Assembly: GCF_001194135.2 (NCBI RefSeq)
Contig: NC_068989.1
Coordinates: 2,652,244-2,716,243 of the forward strand
Source of the DNA: Octopus bimaculoides
Taxonomy: Eukaryota
Length of the DNA stretch: 64,000 nt
Reading direction: 5' to 3'
This document shows positions 36,781 through 50,187 of this stretch, in pieces; position 1 is the stretch's first letter; the number at the start of each line of letters is the position of its first letter. A program made the translations under genes and the position numbers. Below the pieces are notes generated by a model. It searched no databases, was not told where the DNA came from, and saw nothing but the letters and a program-made list of their open reading frames with translations.

Positions 36781-36879
36781 GCATTGGAGTCAGAGAATCC
36801 TACTTTAAAGAAGATTAGAGTTTTGTACTTCTTTTTTTTTTAGATTAATAAATGTTTCTCTTGAAAAAGTCTGAAAGCT

Positions 36880-37420
36880 TCTGGAATTCACAACGTATTT
36901 TTGTACATTCCCTATAGAGCTTCGAAGATCTTGAACAATGAATACAGCTTCTGTACCAATATTCCTTTTAACCAGTTTTGCGCTGGCATTGATGGAATAT
37001 TATTCAAAGTGAATCCATTTCTTGTAAGAAAACTTCAATAGTTTTCTGTTGTATGGAATCTGTAATTTTAGTTTTCCATCATATCTTCATCCACCGAAAG
37101 ATACGATTTCTTCAAATGTTGTAAATAATTTCGCACGTTCTGCAGTAAATTGCAAAAGAAAATATGTTCTGTTGTAGAATGTGATCATTCTGCATTTTCT
37201 TATTGTATTCTTTTATCATCTTCTGCTAAATCCATTTTGATTGCAGATTCTTTCTGAGTAGTACAAACATCGCCATAGATGGTTCTCATATCTTCCAGTG
37301 ATGTAGCTATTGAGGCATTTTTCAATAAAGTTCACGGTTGGAATCACTCTCGATTTTTTGGATAAACAAGGTACATCAGTCCAACTGAGGCGATTCTATT
37401 ATCCGACAATTGTGTAATGT
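36880..37420 (-). mobile_element. piggyBac-like transposase remnant
   Basis: YLSVDEDMM (first catalytic-Asp motif SVDE.M) followed by IPYNRKLLKFSYKKW (cf. IP.KP.K/RFG.K.W). Confidence 0.65.
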
Positions 37421-38344
37421 TCTCGTGTGTAATGTTCCGAGAATTACAGATCACAGAGAGGGTGGACTTAGGTTTAAGCGGATGAATCACAATCATCTAT
37501 TCAGTTAGATTATCTTTACCCCTTTTTTTCTTTTGCTTTTTTTCAGTCATTGGACTGTGGCCATACTGGGACACTGCCTGAAAAAAACTTTAGTTTTCCA
37601 TCATATCTTCATCCATCGAAAGATACGATTTCTTCAAATGTTGTAAATAATTTCGCACGATCTGCAATAAATTGCAAAAGAAAATATGTACTGTTATAGA
37701 ATGTGATCATTCTGCATTTTCTTATTGCATTCTTTTAGGTGTTACTCGTAATAAATGCACAAACAAACGGAAAACGGACACAAAAGGTCACCAAACCCTC
37801 ATCAGTTATCCTCGTTTGCCCTACAATCTAAACCTTGCTCCCTGTCACTTGGGTCAATCGCCACCTTGAACGACATTACTCCTCTCTGGTGGTGCCGGCA
37901 GCAAGAAGTCGCCGAGAAATGGCGAGCCAACGAACAAGAGACCAAAACTAACATAAAGTGAACAAACATACAAGAAATAAATGTATATTCAATACAGAAA
38001 GGGAACATACAAACATGAAATAAATGTAATTCAAGAGGTGACCATTAGTGGAGAGACGGGGGACAAAGATGAAAACAAACAAGACGAAATGTGGTCATAC
38101 AAACAAAGTGAAATAAATAAACAGAATACGGCCTTAGGACCAGACAAGAGACGAAAACCTGGTTAATGCTTGGAGGAATATCGTAGAGGATTAGAAACAG
38201 TTCAACAGAGGATCAGTGAAATGAGCTGGAAGTGGGAGACGAAAGAAAATATGACCAGTCGCTTTGGTGGTCGACATGAAAAGGAAAGTAGAGTAAAAGA
38301 TGATGATGACCACAGGTCATGTGTCAGTAGTTGGAGGGAGAAAA

Positions 38345-38353
38345 GTGGTAGAG

Positions 38354-38393
<40 letters not shown>

Positions 38394-38710
38394 GAGACAG
38401 AGAGCAGAGGGGGAAGGGAAAAAAGACATTCCCCCGGAAATAAATGTGGCCACATACTTGCAAACATATACATACATACATACATACATACATATCTACA
38501 TACATGCATGTATACATACATACATACATGCATACATAAACACGTACATACACACATACATACACACATACACATACATACACACATACATACATACAAA
38601 CATACATACATACACACACAAATACATACATACAAACATACATACATACACACACAAATACATACATACATACATGCATACATACGTTCATACTTATATA
38701 CATACATACA
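38345..38710. repeat. (GA)n and (TACA)n/(CACA) compound microsatellite
   Basis: Read directly. Confidence 0.95.
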
Positions 38711-39048
38711 AAGTTGGTGCAGTCTTATCTAATGAATGTTGGACAACCTCTCTTTCTCGAATTATGAGAGATGTTTTCGAAATAAAATCAGAACGCACAT
38801 GATTAAGAAAAGCAAACGAAAGACAATAAATCTTTACATATTTCTGTGCAAAAATATGAAACTGGAATTATTCCTTCAAGCCACTTCAGAGAATGTAAGA
38901 ATTTCCAAATTAACAAATGCAAAACAAGTGTTGACTTTTACGAGAATAAATACACAAAGCAACAGAATATCTTGGAGGAATAAAACACAGAACAACAGAT
39001 AATAGCCTGCCATTATAAATAATCTGCTATAAGAACTACAGAAAATGA

Positions 39049-39049
<1 letters not shown>

Positions 39050-39103
<54 letters not shown>
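39050..39103. repeat. (TAG)n microsatellite
   Basis: Read directly. Confidence 0.97.
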
Positions 39104-40849
39104 TATTGTACAGATTGTTTTGCTTCATGGAAACAGAACCAGATAAAATAAAGGCGTGTAGTTATGTAATACATATTTTTTACGTGTGCATTATGTGTGC
39201 GTATGTGTGTCTATGTACCAATGTGTGAATGTGTGTGTGTGCGTGCGTGCGTGAATAAAGAATAAATTTATGTGATTAAAAGAATACATGCTTACTCGTA
39301 ACTATCGATATATGTAGCTAATACAAATGGAGAGCGGTGACGTAATTTCGTTATCCGTGCTGCAAACTATGTACAACTTTCGATTTAAATATTAAAAGAA
39401 ATTTNNNNNNNNNNNNNNNNNNNNNNNNNNNNNNNNNNNNNNNNNNNNNNNNNNNNNNNNNNNNNNNNNNNNNNNNNNNNNNNNNNNNNNNNNNNNNNNN
39501 NNNNNNNNNNNNNNNNNNNNNNNNNNNNNNNNNNNNNNNNNNNNNNNNNNNNNNNNNNNNNNNNNNNNNNNNNNNNNNNNNNNNNNNNNNNNNNNNNNNN
39601 NNNNNNNNNNNNNNNNNNNNNNNNNNNNNNNNNNNNNNNNNNNNNNNNNNNNNNNNNNNNNNNNNNNNNNNNNNNNNNNNNNNNNNNNNNNNNNNNNNNN
39701 NNNNNNNNNNNNNNNNNNNNNNNNNNNNNNNNNNNNNNNNNNNNNNNNNTGTTTTGTCTTATCTGAGGCACTGGCCTATAAAGCTTACAAACCTAAAATC
39801 TGAAAATTTCTAACTTTGAGTGGTTTTTGTGTTTTTTTGTTTTTTTTTTTCGTAAAACCTTATTTTCAACTTTGTAAATACGTTTTTCCTGCAAAACAAT
39901 GTCTTTAGGTATGTGTGGAGGAAATATCCAACACAAATTGGACTAATTTAAAGTGCCAAATTTCACAGAACTATATAAGTGGTTCATTGTTCTTTTTTTT
40001 TTTTGGTCGGGAGTGTATGTGCATTGTGTGTGAGTGCGTGTGTGTGTATGTGTATGTGCGTGCGTTCGTGTGCGCGTGTGTGTGTGTGTGCGTATTGTCA
40101 GTGAGCATAAGTCTGTGTATATATTCAAATAATTGAAGAGGTGCAACAAGGACAAAACATACATGCAGTTGTCGCCATTATGTACAAGAGAAAAATAATG
40201 TTGGACATTATTATTTCTTCTTTACAACATGTTTTAAGTAATCTTAATTTGACTTCTTTAATTCTCAAATCATTGAATACACCGTCACATTATTTTTTCT
40301 GACTCATATATATTTTATTGTGTGTATAATTAAAGAACAAAGAAAATACAAAATAAGCAAGATATAAGACAGATTGTTAGTTGTACACAAATACAAAGAC
40401 AGACATTGAATTATTTGCTTGTCAGACAATCAAAGACTGTTATATTTTCAGCTTCAGCTATTTTCTAGAATATTCTTCATACGTTGAACAAATATGAAAA
40501 AGAATAGATGAGGAAAAAACAAAAAAAATACTTTTACTCCAAAGACGAGCAAATTTAATGGGGACAGAACAAATAATGAATAAAAGTAATATCAATTTAT
40601 TTATAATTGATTTCGTTGGAAAGTTTCTTTACACTTTACTCCATTTCTATTGAGTTATCTATTGTAGGTTTGCTTTTCGCTTATGTATTAAAGAAATGCC
40701 ACGGTTCGGTTGTTCACTATCGACAGCAAATATATTTTAAAAAAAGACGGGTTTTTTTAATATATATTTTCAGGTCAGCTCTGATCGCTCGGGCGTGTGA
40801 TTGAAGAATTTCCATGCATGACTATTGTGTCTTATTACTGTATCACTGT

Positions 40850-41140
40850 ATCGACTAGACTATCAAATGTTGTTGTGCATCACTGGCCACAGTGTGCTTC
40901 CTCGCACTGTTGTAGCTTTTCGAACGATGCCATCCCGCTAACCAGGCTGACATTCCCACATTCCCTTTGAACGGAACGCTAGTCTGGTCACAGGGGTTGC
41001 CTATTTACAGCCAAGTGAACTGGAGCCACGTGAAAAGAAGTGTTTTGCTCAAGAACACGACTCACCACCTGTCTGAGAATCGAAACCACAATCTTGCGAT
41101 CATGATATAACATACTAACCACTAGGCCACGTGCCTTCAC
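40850..41140 (-). mobile_element. Family C-related (CORE-like) SINE
   Basis: Minus strand head GGCACGTGGCCTAGTGGTTAG...GGTTTCGATTC, then GTGTTCTTGAGCAAAACAC. Confidence 0.75.
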
Positions 41141-41319
41141 TTTCCGCTTCATATTCAGGAATAATGTGGCTCGGGTTATATTATCCAATATATTCTTTAT
41201 AAAATGGTAGAGTGTGATATATTGGGGCGCGGACGCGCTTGTGTTCGTATATAGACAGAGAAATAAAAAGGTACATACATACATATACAGAAGTGTGAAC
41301 AACTTCTTTTCAAAAACCG

Positions 41320-41640
41320 GTATAAAGGATAATATCTATGGACAACTGCTTCGAGACCCGCAATTCCCTGATCGCTAGTGTGCTCAGTGACGTTCAGAAA
41401 TATTTAAGCCACAATCTGGAGAAGCCAGGGTTTTCAGAAAAAGAAAGAATCCGGCTTATACGTACTTTATAGATACAATCTGTGAGTAGAACAATAAAAT
41501 TGTGCAAGACTTTCTTAAAGCTTGAGATACCTGCTGATGACATTGAAGTGCTTCCATCATTGCCATGGATTTAGAAGGAGGGCTTGCAAAACCTCTGAGT
41601 AGGTCCTGCATGGGGCAAATCATCTGTGATTTTTATTTCT
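41320..41640 (+). mobile_element. Second truncated copy of the RLE LINE family at 26150
   Basis: ATCTATGGACAACTGCTTCGA and CAATCTGTGAGT..AACA.TAAAA.T.TGCAAGACTTT shared with 26310-26520; internal deletion. Confidence 0.8.
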
Positions 41641-42414
41641 CCAAAGAATCAATCACGAGTCGAACGCAATTCATTCTGACCTACACAATTTGAGAAATTA
41701 CCACAAAGTGTTCAATAAATAGTAAACGGTGGGTTAACAAATAGAGCTGTGACATTAATCTTCATGGTAAACAAGGAGCAGTTAAAATAACTCAGAAAAA
41801 TCACAAATAAACACGTGAAAATACCTGTACGTGTTCAAATATAACCGCTGATTCTTTCGATCCTTTCTATTGATACATCTACAGTAAATACAAAAAATAC
41901 GAAAACTGATCGAGCGCACGAAGTGACTTCGTCATTTTTAAAGTACATTTTACAAAAATATTTCCTGTTATTTTGTTAATTTTGATTAATGCATTGGCGA
42001 TGGCTTCCATTATTGTTAATTTGATTTTTGTGTATTTGTTGTTTCAATCAACAATTGGATTCCATTACACTTCAATTCAGTGATGAAAGATGTAATTTCA
42101 ATTGACACCAATCGGCTGTTTTTAATCAAAATATGTACGTAGAATATTTTTCATCGTAAGCCAAATAAAAGTCGCCAGTAATATAAATGTGTGAGCGTGT
42201 GTATGTTCGTTCACAAACCAAACTATTTTAGCATTGAGTGCAAAAAATATATCACCGTTTATTTTTTACATGTTGATAAAACATTCTCACGGGTATTTAC
42301 TCATTTCTTGTTTCTATCAGAAACATTTGTTCCAATTATTTTTAAATTTCTAAAACAATTAATGTATCACAGTCATTTTTAAAAGAGATAAATTACCGAT
42401 TAATTGGTTGGCAA

Positions 42415-42715
42415 TTATAGGCACAGGCTTTCCAACCGCATGGTTCCGGGCTCAGTCCCACTGCGTGACACCGTGAGCTAATGTCTTCTACTATAGCCTT
42501 GGGCCGACCAAACCCTTGTGAGTGGATTTGGTAAACGGAAATTGAAAGAAGCCCGTTGTATATACGTGCATGTGTGTGTGTTTTAAGTCTGGTATTTATT
42601 TTATCGGTTATTTGACCGAGCCGCTAATTTACGCTGATGTAAACACACCAGCACTGATTGACAAGCAGCGGGACGGGTGACAAACACAGACATAAAGTCA
42701 CGTACACACATACAT
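42415..42715. mobile_element. Family B head (+) joined to a family B tail in inverted orientation
   Basis: Head at 42415-42560; 42590-42715 matches the minus-strand tail (CCGCTAATTTACG...GTAAACACACCAGCA). Confidence 0.7.
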
Positions 42716-42717
42716 GC

Positions 42718-42754
<37 letters not shown>

Positions 42755-43085
42755 CTTATAGTTTGTTTCGAATTTGTGTGAACGTGTGTAGAATAATATA
42801 TCAGTTTACTAAAGTTAAAACATTGCCTTGTCTTCACATCTTTTTATCATAATAATTTAACATTAAAACCATTTTGTAATACTCAAAGTTAAATCAGCGC
42901 TTTCACACATAGTGTAATCATCAGATTTCAAATGTGTTTCACTGACAGTTGAGTTCTCGACTCAAGAACTAATTTAACTTTGTGAAAATTACAAAATATA
43001 TATATTTTTTTAATGTTAAAATACCATAACAAAAACCGTGAAAACCAGGCCAGGTTTTAACTTTATTCAACTGATATATCTTCTT

Positions 43086-43185
43086 TTCTGCTCTAGGCAC
43101 AAGGCCCGAAATTTTTTTTTGGGGGGGGGGGGGGTGGAACCACTCGATTAGATCGATCCAGTACTCAACTGGTACTTAATTTATC
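43086..43185 (-). mobile_element. Family A SINE 3' fragment
   Basis: TTTTCTGCTCTAGGCACAAGGCCCGAAATT...CAACTGGTACTTAATTTATC. Confidence 0.85.
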
Positions 43186-43189
43186 TCCT

Positions 43190-43950
43190 CCTCGTATCTT
43201 CTTTCCTTTATCTTGTACTTTTTGTCCTCTTTTTCCTTCCTCTATCCTAAATAATCTCTCCTTCCTGCAGTTGTATTTCCGAATCTTTCTCCACTGGAAC
43301 AACCGGTATCTTTACTGGCAACTTCACTTTCTTTTTACTTTCCCTTTTTTCTTCCTTCTTACTAACCTCCATCACAGTTTCTTTTCTCACCTCTTCTCTC
43401 TCTTCTTTTTCTGCTTCTCTGGCGGAGAACTCATTCCTCCGCTCCTCCTTCTTTTCTTTTTAACCATAGTAAATCCATTCTCTGTTTCTATTTCTGTTAC
43501 CATGATCTGGTCCACACTCTCCTGTCTCTCCACCTGTTCTGCTTGTTGTTCTCTTTGGGCGCACCACGCCTTCATGTGGCCCCTTTCTCCACATGTGAAA
43601 CATATCGGCGGCCTCCCCTCTACACTGGCTCTCAATCTTACATCTTCTGGCAGCACAATCTCATCCACCACACAGTTCAAATCCTCCGTAGTTGCCTGTA
43701 TTGTCAAAGACACTTTTGTATTGTCAAAGACACTTCTGTATTGTCNNNNNNNNNNNNNNNNNNNNNNNNNNNNNNNNNNNNNNNNNNNNNNNNNNNNNNN
43801 NNNNNNNNNNNNNNNNNNNNNNNNNNNNNNNNNNNNNNNNNNNNNAAGACACTTTTGTATTGTCAAAGACACTTCTGTATTGTCAAAGACACTTTCTGCA
43901 ATTTCATGCTGAACAATCAACACAATTGATTCGTTTATAGTGATCAAATG
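43190..43950 (-). mobile_element. Non-LTR retrotransposon ORF1 (gag-like) remnant with CCHC zinc knuckle
   Basis: VEGRPPICFTCGERGHMKAWC is CX2CX4HX4C, followed by a basic/acidic tail; disrupted by a 20-bp tandem array and a gap. Confidence 0.8.
43696..43893. repeat. 20-bp minisatellite (TGTATTGTCAAAGACACTTY)n spanning a 100-N gap
   Basis: Units are visible on both sides of the gap. Confidence 0.9.
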
Positions 43951-46006
43951 TTTGTATTGTGCATTAGCTCCCAGTCTCCATCAAATTGACGTTCCTAACA
44001 GGAGCATATTTGCACGATGTACCACATGTCAGGTTTTGAAGTTATCACAGAAGGACACGAGATGAAATATTTTGCTCAAGAAGAAATATTTTGCTTTAGC
44101 AACAATTCAAAAACCAATTCAAATCAATAAAAATGGCAACAATTCGATAAACACCTCAGCATAGACTCGCGCAATAACTTCACAGAGACTGCTAAGCTGT
44201 TCGCCTGCCAGCTCGCCGCCGCCTTATCTGAATAAAACATATCAGCAATCCCATAATTCCTAGTTAATCAGCTCAAATGTCTGGAATATCTATTACGCTG
44301 TCGTAAGTTTTGAAATTTATTATCATTAACCATCATTTTGTATGAACAAATTTTCAAAAATTCTGATATCAGAAATATAATCTATATTATATTTCTAATT
44401 TCAGAAATAGCTAATTAATCTTTCGTTAATTTGCCATTTACTATTTCACGTGCACTATTACTTTCATACGATCTCTAGTATTTTCGAAATATTTGTCCAA
44501 ATGACTGAAATGTGTGTTATGGAAGATATTTTGAAGTGAAATTAAGGTGTTCATTGTTTTTTTTGTTTTTTTTACAACTCAAAGTGTTTTTTTCTACAAA
44601 TTGAAACTTAAAAGTTACAAAAAATATAAATGCAGAAAAATGTACATCTCCAACAGACACTTTTTTTTTTTTTTACAACTTTGTCACAGAATTCCTCGGG
44701 AAATTTCTCTGAAAGAAATCTTTGCAGAAAGGTGAGTAGATTTATTANNNNNNNNNNNNNNNNNNNNNNNNNNNNNNNNNNNNNNNNNNNNNNNNNNNNN
44801 NNNNNNNNNNNNNNNNNNNNNNNNNNNNNNNNNNNNNNNNNNNNNNNNNNNNNNNNNNNNNNNNNNNNNNNNNNNNNNNNNNNNNNNNNNNNNNNNNNNN
44901 NNNNNNNNNNNNNNNNNNNNNNNNNNNNNNNNNNNNNNNNNNNNNNNNNNNNNNNNNNNNNNNNNNNNNNNNNNNNNNNNNNNNNNNNNNNNNNNNNNNN
45001 NNNNNNNNNNNNNNNNNNNNNNNNNNNNNNNNNNNNNNNNNNNNNNNNNNNNNNNNNNNNNNNNNNNNNNNNNNNNNNNNNNNNNNNNNNNNNNNNNNNN
45101 NNNNNNNNNNNNNNNNNNNNNNNNNNNNNNNNNNNNNNNNNNNNNNNNNNNNNNNNNNNNNNNNNNNNNNNNNNNNNNNNNNNNNNNNNNNNNNNNNNNN
45201 NNNNNNNNNNNNNNNNNNNNNNNNNNNNNNNNNNNNNNNNNNNNNNNNNNNNNNNNNNNNNNNNNNNNNNNNNNNNNNNNNNNNNNNNNNNNNNNNNNNN
45301 NNNNNNNNNNNNNNNNNNNNNNNNNNNNNNNNNNNNNNNNNNNNNNNNNNNNNNNNNNNNNNNNNNNNNNNNNNNNNNNNNNNNNNNNNNNNNNNNNNNN
45401 NNNNNNNNNNNNNNNNNNNNNNNNNNNNNNNNNNNNNNNNNNNNNNNNNNNNNNNNNNNNNNNNNNNNNNNNNNNNNNNNNAAGAGACCGATAGAGTAAG
45501 AACCAGGATTAAAAATAAAGATTGGGATCGATTTGTTCTACTTAACCTTTCAAGGCGGTGCCCCAGCGTGACCGCAGGCCAAAAGAACTGAAACAAGTCA
45601 ACGATAAAAGATTCGCCATCGCTATTCACAGAGTGTTTCAACGAGCAGAAAGGAAGCCATTAAATCAATATAGCAGTTTACTAGTTTAACGGTGTTCAAA
45701 TAGAATCGATGTTGGAAAATGATGAAATCTGCATCTCAGTCGCCAGTTTTTGGGGGTTTTTTTCTTTTTAATCAAAAACCAGATAAAAATATGAAAAGAA
45801 AATTAAAGTAAAAAGCAAACAATGAGAGAAATTGAGATGGAATTCGAAAAAAAAGGCCAGCAAGAAAATATCTTTGCCAATAACAGATTTAATTAGTCTT
45901 TAATGAAAGATTTATCTGGATCTGCACAAATCTTGCAGAGAAAAAAAATATATATTAATCTATCACAGCTAATAATTGCTACTAAGATTGTTAGAGTAAT
46001 TAAGTA

Positions 46007-46115
46007 AGGCGTGGCTGAATGGTAAGAAATCTGCTTCCCAACCACATGGTTGGGGGTTCAGTCCCATTGCGTGGCATTTTGTAAGTGGATTTGGTAGACG
46101 GAAACTGAAAGAAAC
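46007..46115 (+). mobile_element. Family B head with internal deletion
   Basis: GGCGTGGCTGAATGGTAAG...GGGTTCAGTCCC...GTGGATTTGGTAGACGGAAACTGAAAGAA. Confidence 0.85.
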
Positions 46116-47014
46116 ACGCTTGAAGCCTTACACTTGGTTTCGGGTCTGCAAAGCAAGCAAACCTGCGCTGGAGAACCACACCGACCATTAACTTCTTGCA
46201 ATCAATAACACAACCACTGAATATGTAACCGGAAGTAGTGCGTTGACAAACTGTTTCATCCTGGGAACTGAAATCACGACCCGAATGCTCGCCATTAAGT
46301 CTTTCCAAAACCAGAAAATAATGTCAAAAATGAGGCTTGCTAGATCTACTACAGTATCTACCATTACTGCAAAAGTTGTCTATCTGCATCATGGATATAC
46401 TTAAGCAGATATTCGTTCTAATCTTCTCCACGGAGAAGTAAAACGGATTCGCAATTAATCATCAAAGAATATATTTCTAGAAGATACTACACGACTGAAA
46501 GAGTTTTGATTTCCGGTTGTAATCAATTCGCATTATATATTTCATTATGGTTGGTCAGTAAGAACTTAAAGGTAAGACATTCCATTTCTATTACGCTTTA
46601 AAATGATAAATTCCGATATACCGTATTAAGATCCATTACCATTCTTGACTGAGTAGGTTTTTTTTTAATTCAGATTACAGATTTATTTTTAAGCGACCAT
46701 CTTTAGTAATGATACCACTACGAGTTCGCTCACATTCTGCTACAGTTAGCAATCACAATTCCCCGACACCAACCCTACAGTACTAAAGTAAGAACAGATC
46801 TAGATAATGTAGTAACAAGTTCTACATAATCTCTATTAATTATTAGTTCTAATTAATATACAGGGTGCACTATAAATTGAAAAACGACAGAATCCTTGCG
46901 GCCGGCATGCCTTTGTTTATATAAACGTTTTTAGTTGTACAAATATTATTCAATACATTTTTTTTTAGATTTTGCCATTTCTAAGATTTTGCTATTAATA
47001 TATTCTTATGATAA

Positions 47015-47445
47015 GGGGGCGAGCTGGCAGGGACGTTAGCACGCCGACCGAAATGCTTAGCGGTATTTCGTCTGTCTTTATGTTCTGAGTTCAAATTCCG
47101 CCGAGGTCGACTTTGCCTTTCATCCTTTCGGGGTCGATAAATTAAGTACCAGTTACGCACTGGAGTCGATGTAATCGACTTAATCCCTTTGTCTGTCCTT
47201 GTTTGTCCCCTCTATGTTTAGCCCCTTGTGGGCAATAAAGAAACAAGAAACGTTAGCGCTCCAGGCGAAGTGCTTAGCGGTATTTCGTCTATTTTTACGT
47301 TCTGAGTTCAAATTCCGCCGAGGTCGACTTTACCTTTCATCCATTTTGGGTCGATAAATTAAATACCTGTTGCACGCTGGGGTCGATCTAATCCACTGGC
47401 CCCCTCCCCAAAATTTTCGGGCCTTGTGCCTAGAGTAGAAAAAGC
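47015..47445 (+). mobile_element. Family A dimeric SINE, complete
   Basis: Monomer 1, 80-nt linker and monomer 2 with the GCCTTGTGCCTAGAGTAGAAAA tail. Confidence 0.93.
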
Positions 47446-48957
47446 AATATTTTTATAATATGAAATTGTGGATTTCATTGTTATGTTGTCGTTTTCATCG
47501 TCTCGCCCTGATCGACTTAATTCCTTAATCAAAAATGTTCCAGTCAAAAAAGAACTTTTTGTTTCTGGCATAATGTATCTAGGGTTACAATATCCAGGGT
47601 TATCCTTCCTTGTACCAAGAAAGGAAGGAAAATCTCCATGACCCTCAAATTTTCAGAGCCTACGATGGGAGGCCCTGATAGGAAGAAGTCTCAAAGGTAA
47701 CCATTGTGTAACCCCTAAAATCAACGAAGGACCAGGTAGGAGTGTTAAACCAGGTGACAGATTACGTCTACCTCCCCTAACCGCCAACAACTCAGAAAGC
47801 AAAAATCCGAAACAGTTTCTACAACATTTGCTCAATGCTCTAACAGTTTCGCCAATCCGTTAACCCGGTTTAGCTGTATTTCATTTGTCGACCTCAAAAA
47901 GATCAAAGTTGACTCCAGCAAGATTCGAACTTGGAGCGCAGATAGAACAACTGCAGAGCGGTATTTTGTCCTCCACTCTGACTCTCATACTTCGTGGCCT
48001 ATAACCTGTTCGCTGCCATATTGGTTTTATTTTTCCTTATTTCTTTTGTAAATCAATTTGTTATTGTAGTAGTAGTAGTAGTAGTATTCATATTTCTTGT
48101 CTTCATTGTTGCTGCTGTCACTCTTACCGCTATTTCTATGGTTGCTGCTGCTGTTGCAGTTACTGTTGTTGTTGTTGTTGTTGCCGATGTGGCTGTTTGT
48201 TCATATTATTCTTGCTGGTTCGTTTCTCTCTTTCTTATGGACATCTTTTGTGAGATTTGCATCGCTGATGATGATGATGATGATGATGATGTCGTCGTGC
48301 TGCGGTCACCGGTGTGTATGTTGTGTGTGTATGTTTACGTATGGTGTGTATGTATGTGTGTGTGTGTTTCTTCTCAGAGTTAGATTCTGAGACGAGATGT
48401 ATTCACAAGTTCCACACGTATATAATGCTTCCGTAAAAATGGATAAGACAAAGATCATGTCTTGAATTTAACTCCAGAATTCTTCTTTCTCTAAACTAAA
48501 TTGAAAACTAAGCTTTTTTTTCGCAAAACACGTTAAAGTATCTCGCAGAACCTGAAGAATCTTAGATAAAACTTAAAGACTGCTCCAATTGTAATTCGAG
48601 TTGTGATTAAGAATATTTTTGAAGAATATGAAGAAATTATTACGCAGTGCTGTCTTATAAAACCACTTCATGGTTGATGTTGTTGTTGTTGGTAGTGGTG
48701 GCGGCGGTAACATTGCGAGCAAAGACAGCCACGTTGGATTAGATTCTTTCGATATCATTAACGCCAGGGAAATCAGAATGGAGCACTGACCCGATGAATC
48801 TCTGTGATTGAGAAAGGATTTGCAGTTTATGTTGTGTTGTGGCCCGCGAGCTTATCCTGACCAAGAAGACTTACGACTAAAGACAACCCATCATATTGTA
48901 TAACTGGAACTATATTTTCTAATATATCCATCTTTATTTAAGACGATGCGGTATATT

Positions 48958-49300
48958 GGCGCAGGCGTGGCAAGAAGCTTGCTTCCCAACCTCATGGCTC
49001 CAGGTTCAATCCCACTGCGTGGCACCTTGGGAAAGTGTCTTCTACCATAGCTTCGTGCCGAGCAAAACCTTGTGATTAGATTTGGTAGACGGAAACTGAA
49101 AGAAGCCTATGTATGCTGGTCTCTCACCACCGCTTGACGACCGGTGTTGGTTTGTTTTACGTCTCCGTAACTTTACGGCTCAGCATGTACCAGGCTTCAA
49201 AAAATAATAAACCCAGGGTCGATTCATTCGATTAAAATTTTCGATGGCGGTGCCCCAGCATGGTCACTGTCAAATGACTGAAACCAGTAAAAGGTGAAAG
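48958..49300 (+). mobile_element. Family B SINE, near full length
   Basis: Head, CORE-like GGCACCTTGGGAAAGTGTCTT and tail GGCGGTGCCCCAGCATGG..CAAATGACTGAAAC. Confidence 0.9.
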
Positions 49301-49549
49301 GTATAATTTAATGAAGATTTTTGGCTGCCATTTCTAGCAGACAGATCGACTATACTGAGGGCTGCCTTGTTGACTCAGGAAAGGAGTAGTTTTATATTGA
49401 TATCGATTCAACCAAATGCACATCTTCCTTTGAAAGTTCGGCCTTGCGTATTGGTCACCGCGCTGCTGTCCCCACCGCCATCTTTTCCTCATCTTAATTG
49501 ATTATGATGATTTATTTATTGTTGTTGTTGTTCTTACAGAAGAAGATAA

Positions 49550-49762
49550 GGCGGTGAGCTGGCAGAAACGTTAGCGCGCCGGGCGAAATGCTTATCGGGA
49601 TTTCGTCTGTCTTTACGTTCTGAGTTCAAATTCCGCCGAGGTCGACGTTGCCTTTCATCCTTTTGGGGTCGATAAATTAAATACCAGTTACACACTGGGG
49701 TCGATCTAATCGATTTAATCCCTTCCCCCAAACTTGAGGCCTTATGCTTCCAGTAGAAATGA
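49550..49762 (+). mobile_element. Family A SINE, full length
   Basis: Close match to 32515-32730. Confidence 0.95.
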
Positions 49763-49829
49763 TTATTCTTTCAGAAGAATTCAATTGTGGGTTGTCCTTT
49801 CCTTTCTCAATGGCGTTCATGACATGAAA

Positions 49830-49978
49830 TGAGCGTGGCCCAGTGGTTAGTGTTGCACTCACGATCGTAAATTCGTGGTTTCCACTCTTGGACCGGGCGA
49901 TGCGTTGTATTCTTGAGCAAAACCCTTCATTTCATGTTATTTCAGTCTACTCGTCTGCAAATGAGTAACCCTGCACCG
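49830..49978 (+). mobile_element. Family C (CORE-like) SINE 5' part
   Basis: A-box TGGCCCAGTGG, then TTCTTGAGCAAAACCC..CAAATGAGTAAC. Confidence 0.75.
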
Positions 49979-50187
49979 GGTTGGAAGCGAAGGAAGCGAA
50001 GTTGTGGTCTCGGTCACTTTGGACGCCTTGGAGACAAAGTAACCGGCCCTGTTAGTCCTAAAAATCTAGACATTAAAGTCCAGGGATTATTGTAGTTGCT
50101 AATGATGATGATGATGATATGCCTAAGAAAAATAACTAAAGCCGACAGTCAAAACTCGATTCGTAGTTCCACTTGGCAAGAGCTTAC

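Noticed and set aside
46130-46310. 102-aa minus-strand ORF and a CCGGAAGT ETS-like motif
   Set aside because: The ORF runs into a SINE, no homology is recognised, and a single short motif is insufficient to call a promoter (same for CGGAAGT at ~13190).
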